Assembly: GCA_001642005.1 (NCBI GenBank)
Contig: LWCA01000313.1
Coordinates: 1-32,683, forward strand
Source of the DNA: Intoshia linei
Lineage: Eukaryota > Animalia > Orthonectida
DNA length: 32,683 bases
Reading direction: 5' to 3'
Made by a program: the position numbers and the translations under genes. Of the stretch, positions 1 through 11,869 are shown piece by piece. The notes below the pieces were generated by a model. The model did no database searches, had not been told where the DNA came from, and saw only the letters and a list, made by a program, of their open reading frames with translations. Position 1 is the stretch's first letter. The number at the start of each line of letters is the position of its first letter.

Positions 1-542
1 TAGCTATTTGTATAAAAAATTTTATATTTAAAATAATATTTTTAAGATAATTGTTATATATTAGTTACTGTGAGGAATATATTGTTCAAAACTTTAGAAG
101 CGATGCCCCAGGGTTTTTTTAACAGTTGAGAGGTAAGATTTGATGCACATTGAATATTTTCAAAATGTTCATATGGTGGAAGGGTGTACTATTGATATAA
201 AAAGTGGTTCACACCCCTAGTGTCCACTATTTATTATTAGAAAAACAAATTTTGCACTTGAACCTTTTTTGATTTTAAGAATTTATTCAAAAAAATGAAA
301 TCGGTTAATATTAAACGATACTAAAATAAATGATATTGATAAATCGTATAAACATATTTATCAACTGAAATAAGCTGTATCAGAATAATCTTTTTTTAAT
401 TCTACGACTATCAATTTTTTAAATAAATGATAACATACAGACACGAACAATCACAAAAACAGGTCAAACTGAATAAGTTTTTGCCCGCGACTATGTACAT
501 TTTTCTGTTTATGCTGAATATGAATTTTTAAAGTGTTATTAC

Positions 543-3500
543 GTGTGGAACAGATTCCTCCTGGATCTCCGACTCTAGGTGAAGCAATCCAACCCAAACC
601 CAAAACACCATCTGAAAAGGCTATGGCTGTAAACAAGTGAGCCAAGCAACATTTTGACCAATCCGATTTACTGAATTGCTAAACAAAATACACTACAATT
701 AAAACTATCCAAAAGAATCCACCCTTAATACACAACATTAACAATATAATTCGGGCACACACAATGTATTGCCTATGTTTAATTTTTATTAACATGCAAA
801 TTACCGTCAATAATGCGTCTGTTGTCCACGCTTTATCGGCATTATAATGATCCGGATTATCCGATTTTTGTGTATGAACTAGAACCTAAAGGTTCATTGT
901 TACATTATAAACTTATATTATATTAAAAACCCTCAAAATTTCAAATCCGATATCCTTGTAATTTTTAAATGTGTGACTTCTATAAATATTGTCAACTTGG
1001 TCCATAATTGAAATCTAAATATTATATACATTACAATGCATTGTAATGTAAAGGGTCATGGAGAAGACATATAGGGGCCTACAATCATGAGGGACCGAAT
1101 ATTTTAATTTATTAATAGGTACTATTAAAAAATTTATTAAGTATGTCAAAATTATGATGACCAATGTTATTTTTATTAATTTTTAGACAATAAACAATTG
1201 ATTAAATAATGTAAAAAACGTGATAAAAAAAAATAAAATACTAAACGTTAAAATTTTTTTTATATGGTCCTACAATTTTCATGTGACCCGGGCCTACTGC
1301 TGGGTCTCCACGGCCCTGACTGTAAATATAGTAATTAATTAAACGTACCATTGTTTCAATTGTTTTTTGCTCGGATTTACCTCCCACCCTATCAAAGTAT
1401 CTAAAATCCGCAATTAGACATATTGCGCAAGTATTAAGTTGTTCATTGTTAGTTTGACGTTTTTTTCTGTAACTTACTATATTATCAAGTCATTTAAAAT
1501 TTTATTGTCTTAACCAGTTTCTTTCATTTTAACATTTGGTATGGTAGATGTGCATTTTCTAAACAAATAGATTTATTTGTCAAAATATATATAATTTTTG
1601 CTAAATTATATGCAATGCATATTATAACAAATTGAGTTCTTCAGGGTCAAAAATACAATTTAATTTTTTTTTTAAATATAAAATCAACCTTAGAAATAAA
1701 AAAAATAAATTCTGGGTTACGTTTTAAATAAATTAATATTTTCATAAATCTCAACCTCAGAAACTTACATCTTTATGGTAAAAACCACAAATTACTCTTT
1801 TTTATACATAAAAAAAGTCCTAAAATATTATAAAACATAAATTCTGGGGTAGTTTTAACGAGTTTAAATTAAAATGCACATTTTAGACGTGTGGTGCGAA
1901 ACATCAAAATTACATTAGACAGTGAAAGGGTTAATAAATAATTACCCATAGCTGTGATAATCCAAAGGGTTTTTTCTAAGTGATGTTCTATCATAGATAA
2001 TTATAGATTCACCAGATTTATCATTCGCGTAATTACTTAAAGGCTAAAATATATTATTTTTTAAATTATGACTACAATACACAAACAATCAACATTTATG
2101 TTCCATCATAAAATTTGGTATTCTCAGTAACTATACTTAAATGGTATTGTACACTGTACAGCAGTGTTCGCCAAATTCTTTTATGTCCGAAAATTAAAAA
2201 AAAAAATTATTCTGATAGAGCTTATTCCAGTTGATATAATTACAAAAGTTCAACCCGAGAAATCTATGCATTCCCGATAAAAAATAATTTTTAATATATT
2301 ATCAACCAATACTTTTCAAATATTTCGATTAACATAAAAATTGAAAATGTAAATATTGATCCTACAATTTTAAAAAAAATGTGCATTTGTAGTCTACACA
2401 TTTCCAATTATAATAAAAATCTATATAATTCATTCCTTCCTTATTTTTTCATTGAAACGCAATTTTTCAATCTCAAAATTTGAGACTCAAATTATCATTT
2501 TCAAAACATTTTGTTTAAAATTTAAATTAAAGCTACAACAACGAATTAATAAAAGTTAGACAACTTTGTTATTATCATTTTTATATTTATAACAATCAAT
2601 AACGATTATATATACTTAAGTTTTAAATCACGTTGAAATTTAAAATGCTTCTAAATCGCAAAACAGAAGGTTTAATAATGCAAATGCATAATTCACTTAT
2701 TTAAAATCAAGGAATATTTATATTACTCTTACAAAAAATTGTATTTATATTTTATTGCAATTCAGGTTTTATCTGTTGTTTCAATAGTTTTAAATTTTCT
2801 ATCTCGCCAACTTTTTCGAAATCCCAAGAATGGCAAGTTACAGAGAGAATACTGTAAGTACAGTATAAATATATTAATGAGTCAGTATCTGACTGTCAGA
2901 TACTCTTCTATCACAACTATTTTCTAACAAAAAAATATTTGAAATATCTCGTGCCACCCACTTTGGCAAACACTGATGTACACTGACTTCAAAATAAAAA
3001 ATTATAAGCTATGACATGTAATTATTTTTACTATTTAGTCTATTAAATCAAAATTTCAATTTTTGCATGTTAAAAAATATAAATAATTTATTTTCAAAAA
3101 CTTTATTATTTCACGATATTATATTATGGATTATTCTATACACTAATATATGGTTTTTATATTAACGCGGTAATAGAAAGTAAATTGATATTCTTATATG
3201 AACCAATGAAAATAAAGAATTCTTCTCACTAAACTGTAAATCAAATTTACATTTAATAGAATCTATTATATACATAAATTTAGAAAAAAATAACCTCAAA
3301 CATGATTAATTGATTATCAAACGACATTTGCCCGTTTAATGATTGTCCATTCATAAATAAACGAACGTGAGAGTCTGGTTTACCTAATAACACGTAAAAA
3401 TTTAGCAACGAAGTAATTTAACAGTTACCTATAATTTTCCCTTTAAAATAACAATTTTTATCAACATTAATTTTTTCATAATTTTCATATCCCGCTTTTA

Positions 3501-3964
3501 CGTTATATGCTGAAAAATCTTTTGAAAATAAGTTTTCACTAGGATATACGTGCAAGGTATAACTGCTAAATTAATAAATTAGAATTGTTATTGTAGAATA
3601 ATTAATATAGATATAATTACACATTTTTGTAAAGAATGTTCAACTTCTTTCCTGTCAATTGATGGATTGATCTTTTAGTTTTCACATTCACGTCAAATTT
3701 GTTAAAAATTTCGTAATACTTTAAATCAATTGCTATAAAAATTGATGACATAAATAAACATAATTTATTATTATCTAATCCATAATATTATATTTTATAA
3801 GTTTAAAGCAATAAAAAAAATGTTATGGATTATTTGAAATATATCCTAGAATCTTAATGGTAAAATTTACAAATAAGAACAATGATTATATACATTGTAT
3901 TACCTGAATAATAATTGATTGTAATTGACAAATTTAACAAAAAAATAAAAATTCTTCGATCCAT
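543..3964 (-). CDS. ADAM17: ADAM17/TACE-like disintegrin metalloprotease: signal peptide, prodomain and first half of the catalytic domain (3' part not found in window)
   Basis: Ten phase-consistent GT-AG exons: 3964-3904, 3732-3621, 3565-3429, 3383-3295, 2043-1946, 1558-1515, 1476-1349, 1014-931, 885-805, 678-543. Translation gives signal peptide MDRRIFIFLLNLSITINYYSA, upstream basic site KTKR, cysteine-switch-position GKC and furin site RKKR. It continues NTCAICLIADFRYF, ISIMDQVDNIYRS, HYNADKAWTTDALL and CCLAHLFTAIAFSDGVLGLGWIASPRVGDPGGICS, matching ADAM17 NTCKLLVVADHRFY and [33 protein letters not shown]. Confidence 0.9.
1027..1050. repeat. Perfect 24-bp palindrome TACATTACAATGCATTGTAATGTA
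   Basis: Self-reverse-complementary. Lies in an ADAM17 intron and abuts a MITE end. Confidence 0.9.
1051..1318. mobile_element. hAT-type MITE family A, copy 1
   Basis: Ends (A)AGGGTCATGGAGA ... TCTCCACGGCCCTG. Internal GGGCCTACAAT and GGGCCTACTG blocks are shared with the copies at 22472 and 28632. Flanks AATGTAAA/ACTGTAAA. Confidence 0.75.
2162..2975. mobile_element. hAT (Charlie/Buster-like) non-autonomous element in ADAM17 intron
   Basis: TIRs CAGTGTTCGCCAAA / TTTGGCAAACACTG. 8-bp flanks CTGTACAG / ATGTACAC. Charlie-like subterminal TCGTGCCACCCAC. Confidence 0.75.
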
Positions 3965-4370
3965 AAAAATTTTGATATGATAAAATACTTGTTAATATTT
4001 GTTAGTAAATTTACAAAACGTACATTTTCATGGTTGCACAAATATCTCGCTACAATTTACAAAAACGATACACATTGTTTACTCAATTTCTCCATTGGTG
4101 CTTGTTTTTTGGATACATTTACATTTAAATATTTTGTATTATAGAATTTTTGTGTTTTGTAAATTAACATCTGTCGTTAAATTTATACAAAAGTGATTAA
4201 TTGTAACATTGTAAATTAAATTATACCATTTAATTTAAAGATTATAAAATAAATAAGATGAAATAATTTAAATTTTAAAAATTTTACTATTTAGTCTGTA
4301 AAAAGTATAAAATTGCAAAAAAATTGTCTAGAAAGTTGGATATTATTCCAGACTTTAAATAATTATCTAT

Positions 4371-4378
4371 AAAAAAAA
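4371..4378 (-). terminator. RNA polymerase III oligo-T terminator of tRNA-Asn
   Basis: T8 run immediately 3' of the tRNA on the minus strand. Confidence 0.8.
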
Positions 4379-4451
4379 CGCCCCCTATCGGTGTCGAACC
4401 GACGACCTTTCGGTTAACAGCCGAACGCTCTAACCACTGAGCTAAGGAGGC
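4379..4451 (-). tRNA. tRNA-Asn (anticodon GTT)
   Basis: GCCTCCTTAGCTCAGTGGTTAGAGCGTTCGGCTGTTAACCGAAAGGTCGTCGGTTCGACACCGATAGGGGGCG is a 73-nt cloverleaf with A box, GGTTCGA B box and anticodon stem TTCGG/CCGAA around CTGTTAA. No encoded CCA. Confidence 0.96.
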
Positions 4452-5117
4452 ACAAAATCTTATATATTTTATATTATTTAAACTTCGTCACAACTATATT
4501 TAAATTGGTGAAACCCAAAACAGATGTAGATCCTATATTCTTAATTCATTCATTCATTTTTGTATAATGCCTTTCATTTAAACATGCATATATCACATGA
4601 AAGTTTTATTTATTTACACCTGTAATGTTATGCGGCTGTGGTAACACTTAGTATCTTAGTAAAATCCATAAGGGGTTGCATTATACAAAAATGTTTAAGC
4701 AATGCGTGAGAGAGTGTCGACAGTTAAACGAGTAAACTAGAAAATAAGTACAAACAATATTAACTGGAAAGTGTTTCAATATTTAGTAAATTATTTACTG
4801 TACATGTAAATGTTTATTGTACTAAATTGAATGATTTTTTTTCAAAAGTTTATGCATGTATTGGAAACGAACCAAATTTGTATGGCTCCACTTTAACTTT
4901 GTCAAATTTACCTATTTGAAACTTGGTTTAATTTAAAACTACTACACCAATACACAAACCACATTTGTATTTCTAAAGTTTAATAAAGTTTATTGTATAA
5001 ATAGATAGATAGATGCCTAGAAACTAAAATACTTATATATTCTTTAATATTCTTAATCTACAATAATGGAGATTATTGTTATTTGATTAAGTTGTTTAAA
5101 AAAACTACAATACAACA

Positions 5118-8100
5118 ATGTATAGCATATTTATATATTTGCTGCTATTTCCCTTTGTTGTAATTTATTTTACAATGATTTTTCTCGCTGGTATCGACAA
5201 TTCCTTGCTGTTGAATCAATATTATATAAAATTTTTGTTATATCTTTTTAAGGTAATTTATAATGTTATTTAAAAAATAGTAATATTTTAATAATCATTG
5301 ATAATAACCGATTAATAAATATTATTAAATAAAATATGAGTTGTAATACCACGATAATAAAGTAATTTAGTGGTCTACTAAAATAACCAAAAACCACGAA
5401 AAAGATTCAAACATTGACATTAATTTAAGACAATCCGATGTAGAATCTGAAATGGATATTACAGATTATACTTTTACTTCTAAAGGTTATTTATTATACA
5501 TTTGTATTTTTTAATTATATTTAGATTTGGCTACACCTGTTATTGATCGCGATACACATACCCAACAAGATCAGATTTTTTTTTCACGCAACTGCACCAT
5601 GTCTGATAGTTATGGACTCTGTCATCCAATTGATGTTATGCGATATGTCAAGCATGCTATGGAGGTTATTTTCAATATCTTGATCAGCGATTTGAGTTTA
5701 TTGTGTGATTACACGACCTCTATAAGTCTGACAAAATTAGATTTATACCTTTTTAAAGAAGACAAAAAACAACAACATGCGAATCTAATCAATTGTTTTT
5801 TAATTTAACAATATTTCTTTCTTTTTGTTTTTATAATCTTTTAATTTATATCGGTCAATTTAATAATACTGAATGCTTTTGCTTTTATCTTATGAATAAT
5901 AGTTAATATGTTTGTCAGTTATCGATGCCACTTTTGTGTGGTTTTAGTTATAGCTTGAAATCACTTATATTGTTATAATGATTATTTAAAATTTTTAAAA
6001 CACATTTAGAGTGTTGTTGAAGACGATGTTACTAAACGGTTTACCTCTGCCGGTACTTTTTTATTTAACAATTTATATTTATATATTTTGTTAGAATTAT
6101 CCAACTGGAATTTACTTACTCGAACGAATGCAAAACACCAATTTATTTCGTAATTTTATGATACAATATCTTTGGACCTTCTTTTTAGTGTTACTTTTTA
6201 TTTTAGGGGCCACATATAATTATATAAAAACATTCTTAGATTGGGGTTAAATATTTATTATTTATTTGGGTTTTCAAAAAATGCATGATTTTCATATATC
6301 ACAACTTATTATCAACATTAATCCTTATCTTGCTACAGTAATTATTGATAGTGAGTTTATTTGTTTATTTAGATACAAATTGACTTGCTTGTGGATATTG
6401 GGATGTTTTACTAGATATTTCATTTTTTTACCCTTTAGGTTTATTAAAATTTTTATTATGTTCATTAATTTTAGATTATTTGTTTTAGTTTTTGCCATCA
6501 GTGTCATTGTTTGTGCTCATTTTATTTGTGGATTATTCAGAAATCGCAAGTAATCTATAATTTCATTTATTTCGTAATCTAGAGAGTTTCAGTTGAAATT
6601 ATTGTTTTTTGAAAATACTTTTAAGGAATTTGAGTTTTGTTTTAATGTAAAATTTAAGGTCATTTTGGGAGATTTTTGTGAATTGGTTTTTGAAAGTAAA
6701 AATAGCTATTCATAATCTATATACCAATGGTTCCCGATTCAAATAGTGTACGGACCCCATTTTAAAATATTTATTTTTTTGGACCTCTATGAAAAATGAA
6801 ATATAAAACGTTTATGAAAAAATTAAAGGTTTTTTCCAGTAAGATTTAGTAAAATCTTGTTTTTTAAAAAAATATTGGAAAAAGGGGATTTTTTATTTTC
6901 GGTTTTGGATTAAGAAGTTGTTGCTCATAAGATTTAGTAAAATCGGATTATTCAAAAAAATGTTGGAAACAGGGGATTTTTTGTTTAAGGGTTGGTAAAA
7001 TTGGATAATTTATTTTCGGTTTTGGATTAATAAGTTGTTTCTCATAAGATTTAATAAAATCGGATTTTTCCCTTAAGGCAGTGGTTTTCAACATTTTTGT
7101 GTTCCCTTATAAACATAAAAAATTTTCGTGACATCATAATTTGTTATATACTTCAAACATCTCATCAGTTCACATAAATGAAAATATTAAAAAATCATAT
7201 TCAGTTTTATTTATATTTGATACTGTGCTCAGTACAATGTATTATTATAATAACTAAATTTATATTTTTTCATTTGAAATTTGAGGTTACATTTTAGATA
7301 CAATTATTGATATCTGTGTCTTAAACTAAATGAGCTAGCCAAAATGTTACACCTTGATTTCTGAGTTTATGTTTATATATAATTATTGAGGAATTATGGT
7401 ACCACCCAAAATGTTATTTTTAGGTTTACGAATACTTGTTATGTATTCAATTGAAAAATATATATTTATCGATTTAGAAACTACCATGGGCATTTGCACA
7501 ATTTGACAATACAAGTGTACAGATTAACTGCTAGAGCTCTAAGCGCAGTCATCAAATTTCACAATCCGTAATTTAATTTTGTGTTACATGTTAATCAGTA
7601 CATTGTATTGCAATATATGTTTTTTAGGTTTTAATGATTACATTTTAACCATATTTCAAAACTATTCAATTGGGTTATATTTTTGTTTTTATGGATATTT
7701 AAAATGGTTGTTTTATGTTGATATTTTTACAATAAACACAATTTGGAATGACGAGTATACTGATACAGAAGCAGTCTATTGTTCAAAGTTTATAGTCCTA
7801 TAACATTACTTATGTAAATTAAAATTTCCTGTCCTAGAATTTAAATAAAACTTGAAAACTCTACGAATTCCTGGTCAAAACCGATTTTTAATATATTAAC
7901 ACCCACTATTTTTTAAATTTTTAAATTGCAATGAAAATTTCAATATTTACCCTACAAGTTCAAATAAATGAGGAGTGAAGTTATTTATTTAAAATAGAGA
8001 AATCTGGGAGAAATTTGTAAAGCGTTGGGAAAAGTGAATAGTGAGATGTTTATGTAAAATTCAACAAGTTCGTTCTTGGTAGAGTTAACGAAGTTGTACG

Positions 8101-11100
8101 AACTATAAAACAGTCAATCTAGTATAATACTATTATTAATATTGTGATGACTTTTTAATTTTTATATATTTTTACATAATAATGTATTATAATACTACCT
8201 TGACATGATAAGGGTGTTTTTACAAGGCATAATGTTTGTTTATTCGTGGTGTATAAGGTATATTATACATGTTAATATTGCTTTGTAATAAATATGATTT
8301 TAGAGAACATAAAGCCAAACCTGGCGGTATTTGTGTTGCGAATCATACATCTCCAATTGATATTATTTTATTAGGCTGTGATAATGTTTATGGAATGGTA
8401 ATATTACATTAATTAATTACAGGCATGTTTCGGTTTTTCTCGTCAAGCCTCAAAATAAAAAGTCTACTTTTATAAAAATTTTTAGTATATCAAATTGATA
8501 TATAGTATAGATGGTAGACTGAGCCGAACCTAACAAGCTCGATGCCACTCGGAAATAAAAATAGACCCTAAAAAATTATGAAAACAATGCGTAGTGTCAT
8601 ATAGCCCTAACCACCTCTTCAAAGCTCTTAGCTCGAGAGCCTTGACTTGCCATCTTAAATTTAACACGCAAAATAGTTGATATTTAAGAATAAAAATTTT
8701 TAATGCTCAATTTGGAATAAATTTTTACAAACATGTTGTTGAGACCCGGAGATCGAGGAGATCGAGGAGACCCGGACCATGGTATCGGTATGGTAGTTTC
8801 TGCACACATAACAGATTATCCCCTAGGGGTGTTCCAAAATTTTATAAATTAGGTCTAAATACTGATAAAGTTGCGTGTGATAGTTATATGATAAATGTGA
8901 ATAGAAGAAAAATTTTGGAATATTTTTAGTGGAAAAAATAGAAATAAGTGGAAGCTTGCCATTTCAAAAATTTCATACAAAAATGTTCTACAAAAACTAA
9001 AATATAACTTTATTTACTGGAATGTTACGATGAGATCCTGTATTTATGTTTTGAGTGGTCTTGTGTTGATCGTCATGTTTGGTTGTTCACTTTGCTTCTT
9101 TAAATTTAATTCTATCTCGTTTACTTTATATTTTATAGATGTTTAAAGTTCTTATAAATTTATAAGAATTATCATTTTTCATTATAAAAGTTTTCACTAA
9201 AAACAAAAATAAATGAGGTACAAACAAAACAAAACTTGTCGATACTTTTATAGGAGATAAATTAATGGACCGATATAATTTAACACGTTGGAATTCTAGA
9301 TTCGAAGCATTAGTAATATTTATAAAAAAAGAATTTGGTGGAGTTGTTGCCCAAAAACAAACAGTGATAATTTTAAAAATAGTATCAACCCAACTTATGA
9401 TTATTCAAAAGGATGAGATTAGTGTACTTGATGTCATTTGTGCCTTTAGAAAAATTTATATTGAATGGTTTGATGAAATAACATCTTTATTATCAATTTC
9501 AACTATTAATAATTTGCGAAATATGTGAAAAAATAGGTGGATTATGTTCGAAACTAGTAACATTGGAATAATTATTAGACATTTTCGATATTTTTTTAAT
9601 TATGATAGTATTAATATGTTTACTGAAAATTGCGATTTAGACGACAATATTTTCAACAACTGGGTTTTTACTGCATTAATAAATGAAAAATTCATTGAAT
9701 TTAAGGTAGAAGAATCTAATATGCAAGAAAAATTAGCATTAGGATTGGAAATAGCATTTGAAAAATTACCAGTGCATAACATTTTGTTCAGAATGTTATG
9801 TAAAATACCATTAACCGAAGCTTCAGTTGAAAGAGCCTTTTCTAAACATCATCAATTTCATAATTATCTAAGAGCAAATCTATCCACAGAAAATTGAATG
9901 ATCAATTGTTTATTTGATACAATTGAGAAAAATTTTATGAATAATTAATTGTACATTACTATATAATAAACAATATTTTATTTTATTGACACTACCATAA
10001 TATATAGATTTATATGTTCTGTATTAATCATTTAACCTTAACCTTCTTTTATTATTTCTATCTTATTGGAAATAGCAATAACACTACAAATTATTAATCT
10101 AATATTTCAATTATAAATAATTGTGCTAGTACGATTTTTTTAATGCTGGTAAGAAAAACCAGCAAGCCCATGAGGATACCAGCAAAACTCACATCCTTGG
10201 TGATGATCATGAGTCATGACAAATTTTAATTATTTGACTTAAGATTTATTATTATTTTAATTATTATTTTTTTTTAGTAATTATTTTACTTTTATTAAAA
10301 ATATATGATGCTCATAATTTTAAAAACTATCCATGAATGTGTTTTTAAAATATCAAGATAATTTTTATTTTTTAAAAAGAGGACACCCGGGTTATGCTCT
10401 GAAGGTGCAATTTTTGTTTTTGGAATTTCTGGGACTGTCAGTTTTCTAAATTGTTACACATTGCACTATTTACCCAACTTGGAACTGCAGTGGTCTCCAA
10501 AATTTTTACTGTTATGGCCCACCCCATATGTAAAAAAATTCTAAACATTTTAAATCGATTTTCCGAAAAAATTGAATGAGCTTTGCTGGAATATTTTCTC
10601 CAAAAATGTGGACCAAAATGTTTAAATATTATTCAAATGACTCTAAAAAACGTTTGGTGGTTTTTTTGTTTAAACTGTATAGATCAGAAGTGTCAGACTC
10701 AATTTGCTTGGCGGGCCAAATGTGAAAAAAAATTATGTTAAAACTAACAAATTTAATTAATTTATAATAATTTTAAGTCATAAAATGAAATATGAAACAA
10801 TAAAATGGATTAAGTGTAAAAATAATGTTAAAATTGTAATAATGAATAAATATATGAAAAAACTGTAAAATAAGAAATATGTGTAAAAAAATTGTTATAA
10901 AAAAATAAAAATTTATATTATAACGCTGGCCGCACATTCCATAATTGATACCCCTGATATAGATTGAAATTAATCACCCTGTTTTTGTTATTAATTTATT
11001 AAGTTTTATTCAATTTTTGAAATTTGTCAAAAATCTCGTGACGCACCTAATTTTATTTTGCGGTCCACCTTTTGGGAACCAATAGGTTATACGGACAGAC

Positions 11101-11854
11101 ATATTTTTAGCAACTTTTATTTTATATAAGTAAAGATTCTAATATAAAGTAAATATATATTTTATAATATATTTAGATTGGTCAAAGTCACAGTGGTTTT
11201 ACCGGTTTCATGCAACGAATTTTATCATTGGGACAGGATAATATTTGGTTTGAAAGATCTGAAAATCAAGATAGGAATGTTGTACAAAACAGACTGAAAG
11301 ATCATGTTTCAGGTGGACTAAAGAGTCCAATACTCATTTTCCCTGAGGGTACATGTATCAACAATACTTCTACAATGATGTTTAAAAAGGGTTGTTTTAC
11401 GGTCGGTGGTGTTATTTATCCAGTGGCAATGAAAGCACGAAATAAGTGGCTTAATTAATTTAAAATTTAGTATGATCCCAGATTTGCTGATCCTTTTTGG
11501 GATAGTAGTCGACAATCAATGATTAAACACATTTTGATGATTTTTACAAGTTGGGCACTTGTTTGTGATATTTACTATTTACCACCAATGCAAAAGTTGG
11601 TAAATTGATAATTTAAAGCAAAATATATCATTGTTTAGGACAGTGAAACAGACATTGAATTTGCCCAGCGAGTTAAAAGAGTAATTTCTCTTCAAGGTGG
11701 ATTTGTCGACCTTGGATGGTATTTTCCTTTGAATGTCATTTTTACAGTAATAATTAGGGACGGAATGTTAAAAAGAAAAGAAGTAAGTGAATCATCCAAA
11801 GCAAACCAACAGAAAATTTACGGTAACGTTAGATTAAGAAACTTTGAAAAATAA
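5118..11854 (+). CDS. GPAT3: Microsomal glycerol-3-phosphate acyltransferase GPAT3/GPAT4 family, about 458 aa
   Basis: 13 exons: 5118-5252, 5371-5485, 5525-5664, 6010-6052, 6095-6149, 6373-6438, 6475-6549, 7478-7567, 8304-8397, 11177-11434, 11471-11599, 11639-11718, 11758-11854. Motifs VVEDDVTKRF, WNLLTRTN, GGICVANHTSPID (motif I), WFERSE, ILIFPEGTCINNTS, YDPRFADPFW and WDGMLKR. Invertebrate co-orthologue of GPAT3/4. Confidence 0.93.
6840..7070. repeat. Degenerate tandem repeat (about 87-117 bp unit, about 2.3 copies) in GPAT intron
   Basis: TAAGATTTA(G/A)TAAAATC recurs at about 6840, 6928 and 7045, and ATTTTCGGTTTTGGATTAA occurs twice. Flanked by Charlie-like ends (CAATGGTTCCC at 6725, CAGTGGTTTTCAAC at 7079). 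Confidence 0.75.
8824..8930 (+). repeat. Dispersed repeat, partial copy of the interior of the TTAA element at 28709-28992
   Basis: TAGGGGTGT...AAATACTGATAAAGTTGCGTGTGATAGTT...TTTTTAGT closely matches 28860-28977. Confidence 0.8.
9265..9925 (+). pseudogene. Decayed hAT transposase (C-terminal half with dimerisation domain) inside GPAT intron 9
   Basis: Same-frame ORFs 9265-9528 and 9544-9897 are split by TGA. Motifs TRWNSRFEAL and IPLTEASVERAFS...LRANL are present. A frameshifted continuation KLNDQLFI*YN resembles the hATC terminus. Confidence 0.8.
10488..11084. mobile_element. Probable Charlie-like hAT MITE hosting a nested MITE
   Basis: Ends CAGTGGTCTCCAAA and TTTGGGAACCAATA. No matching TSD, so pairing of the two ends is uncertain. 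Confidence 0.45.
10685..10956. mobile_element. hAT MITE (MER30-like layout)
   Basis: Ends CAGAAGTGTCA / TGATACCCCTG. Subterminal GCGGGCC / GGCCGC. TSD GTATAGAT / ATATAGAT. Confidence 0.75.
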
Positions 11855-11869
11855 TGTACTAATAAAACT

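Noticed and set aside
2739-2927. 62-aa ORF
   Set aside because: Lies inside a hAT MITE within an ADAM17 intron, has a TTG start and has no recognisable motif.
3999-4196. 65-aa ORF between ADAM17 and the tRNA
   Set aside because: AT-rich chance ORF with a non-ATG start, overlapping the ADAM17 upstream region.
7123-7173. Possible hammerhead ribozyme on the minus strand (CTGATGAG...CGAAA)
   Set aside because: Stem II does not pair beyond one G-C, and the CGAAA belongs to a Charlie-like subterminal motif.
7579-7803. 74-aa hydrophobic ORF in a GPAT intron
   Set aside because: Low-complexity T-rich sequence. The GPAT model is complete without it.
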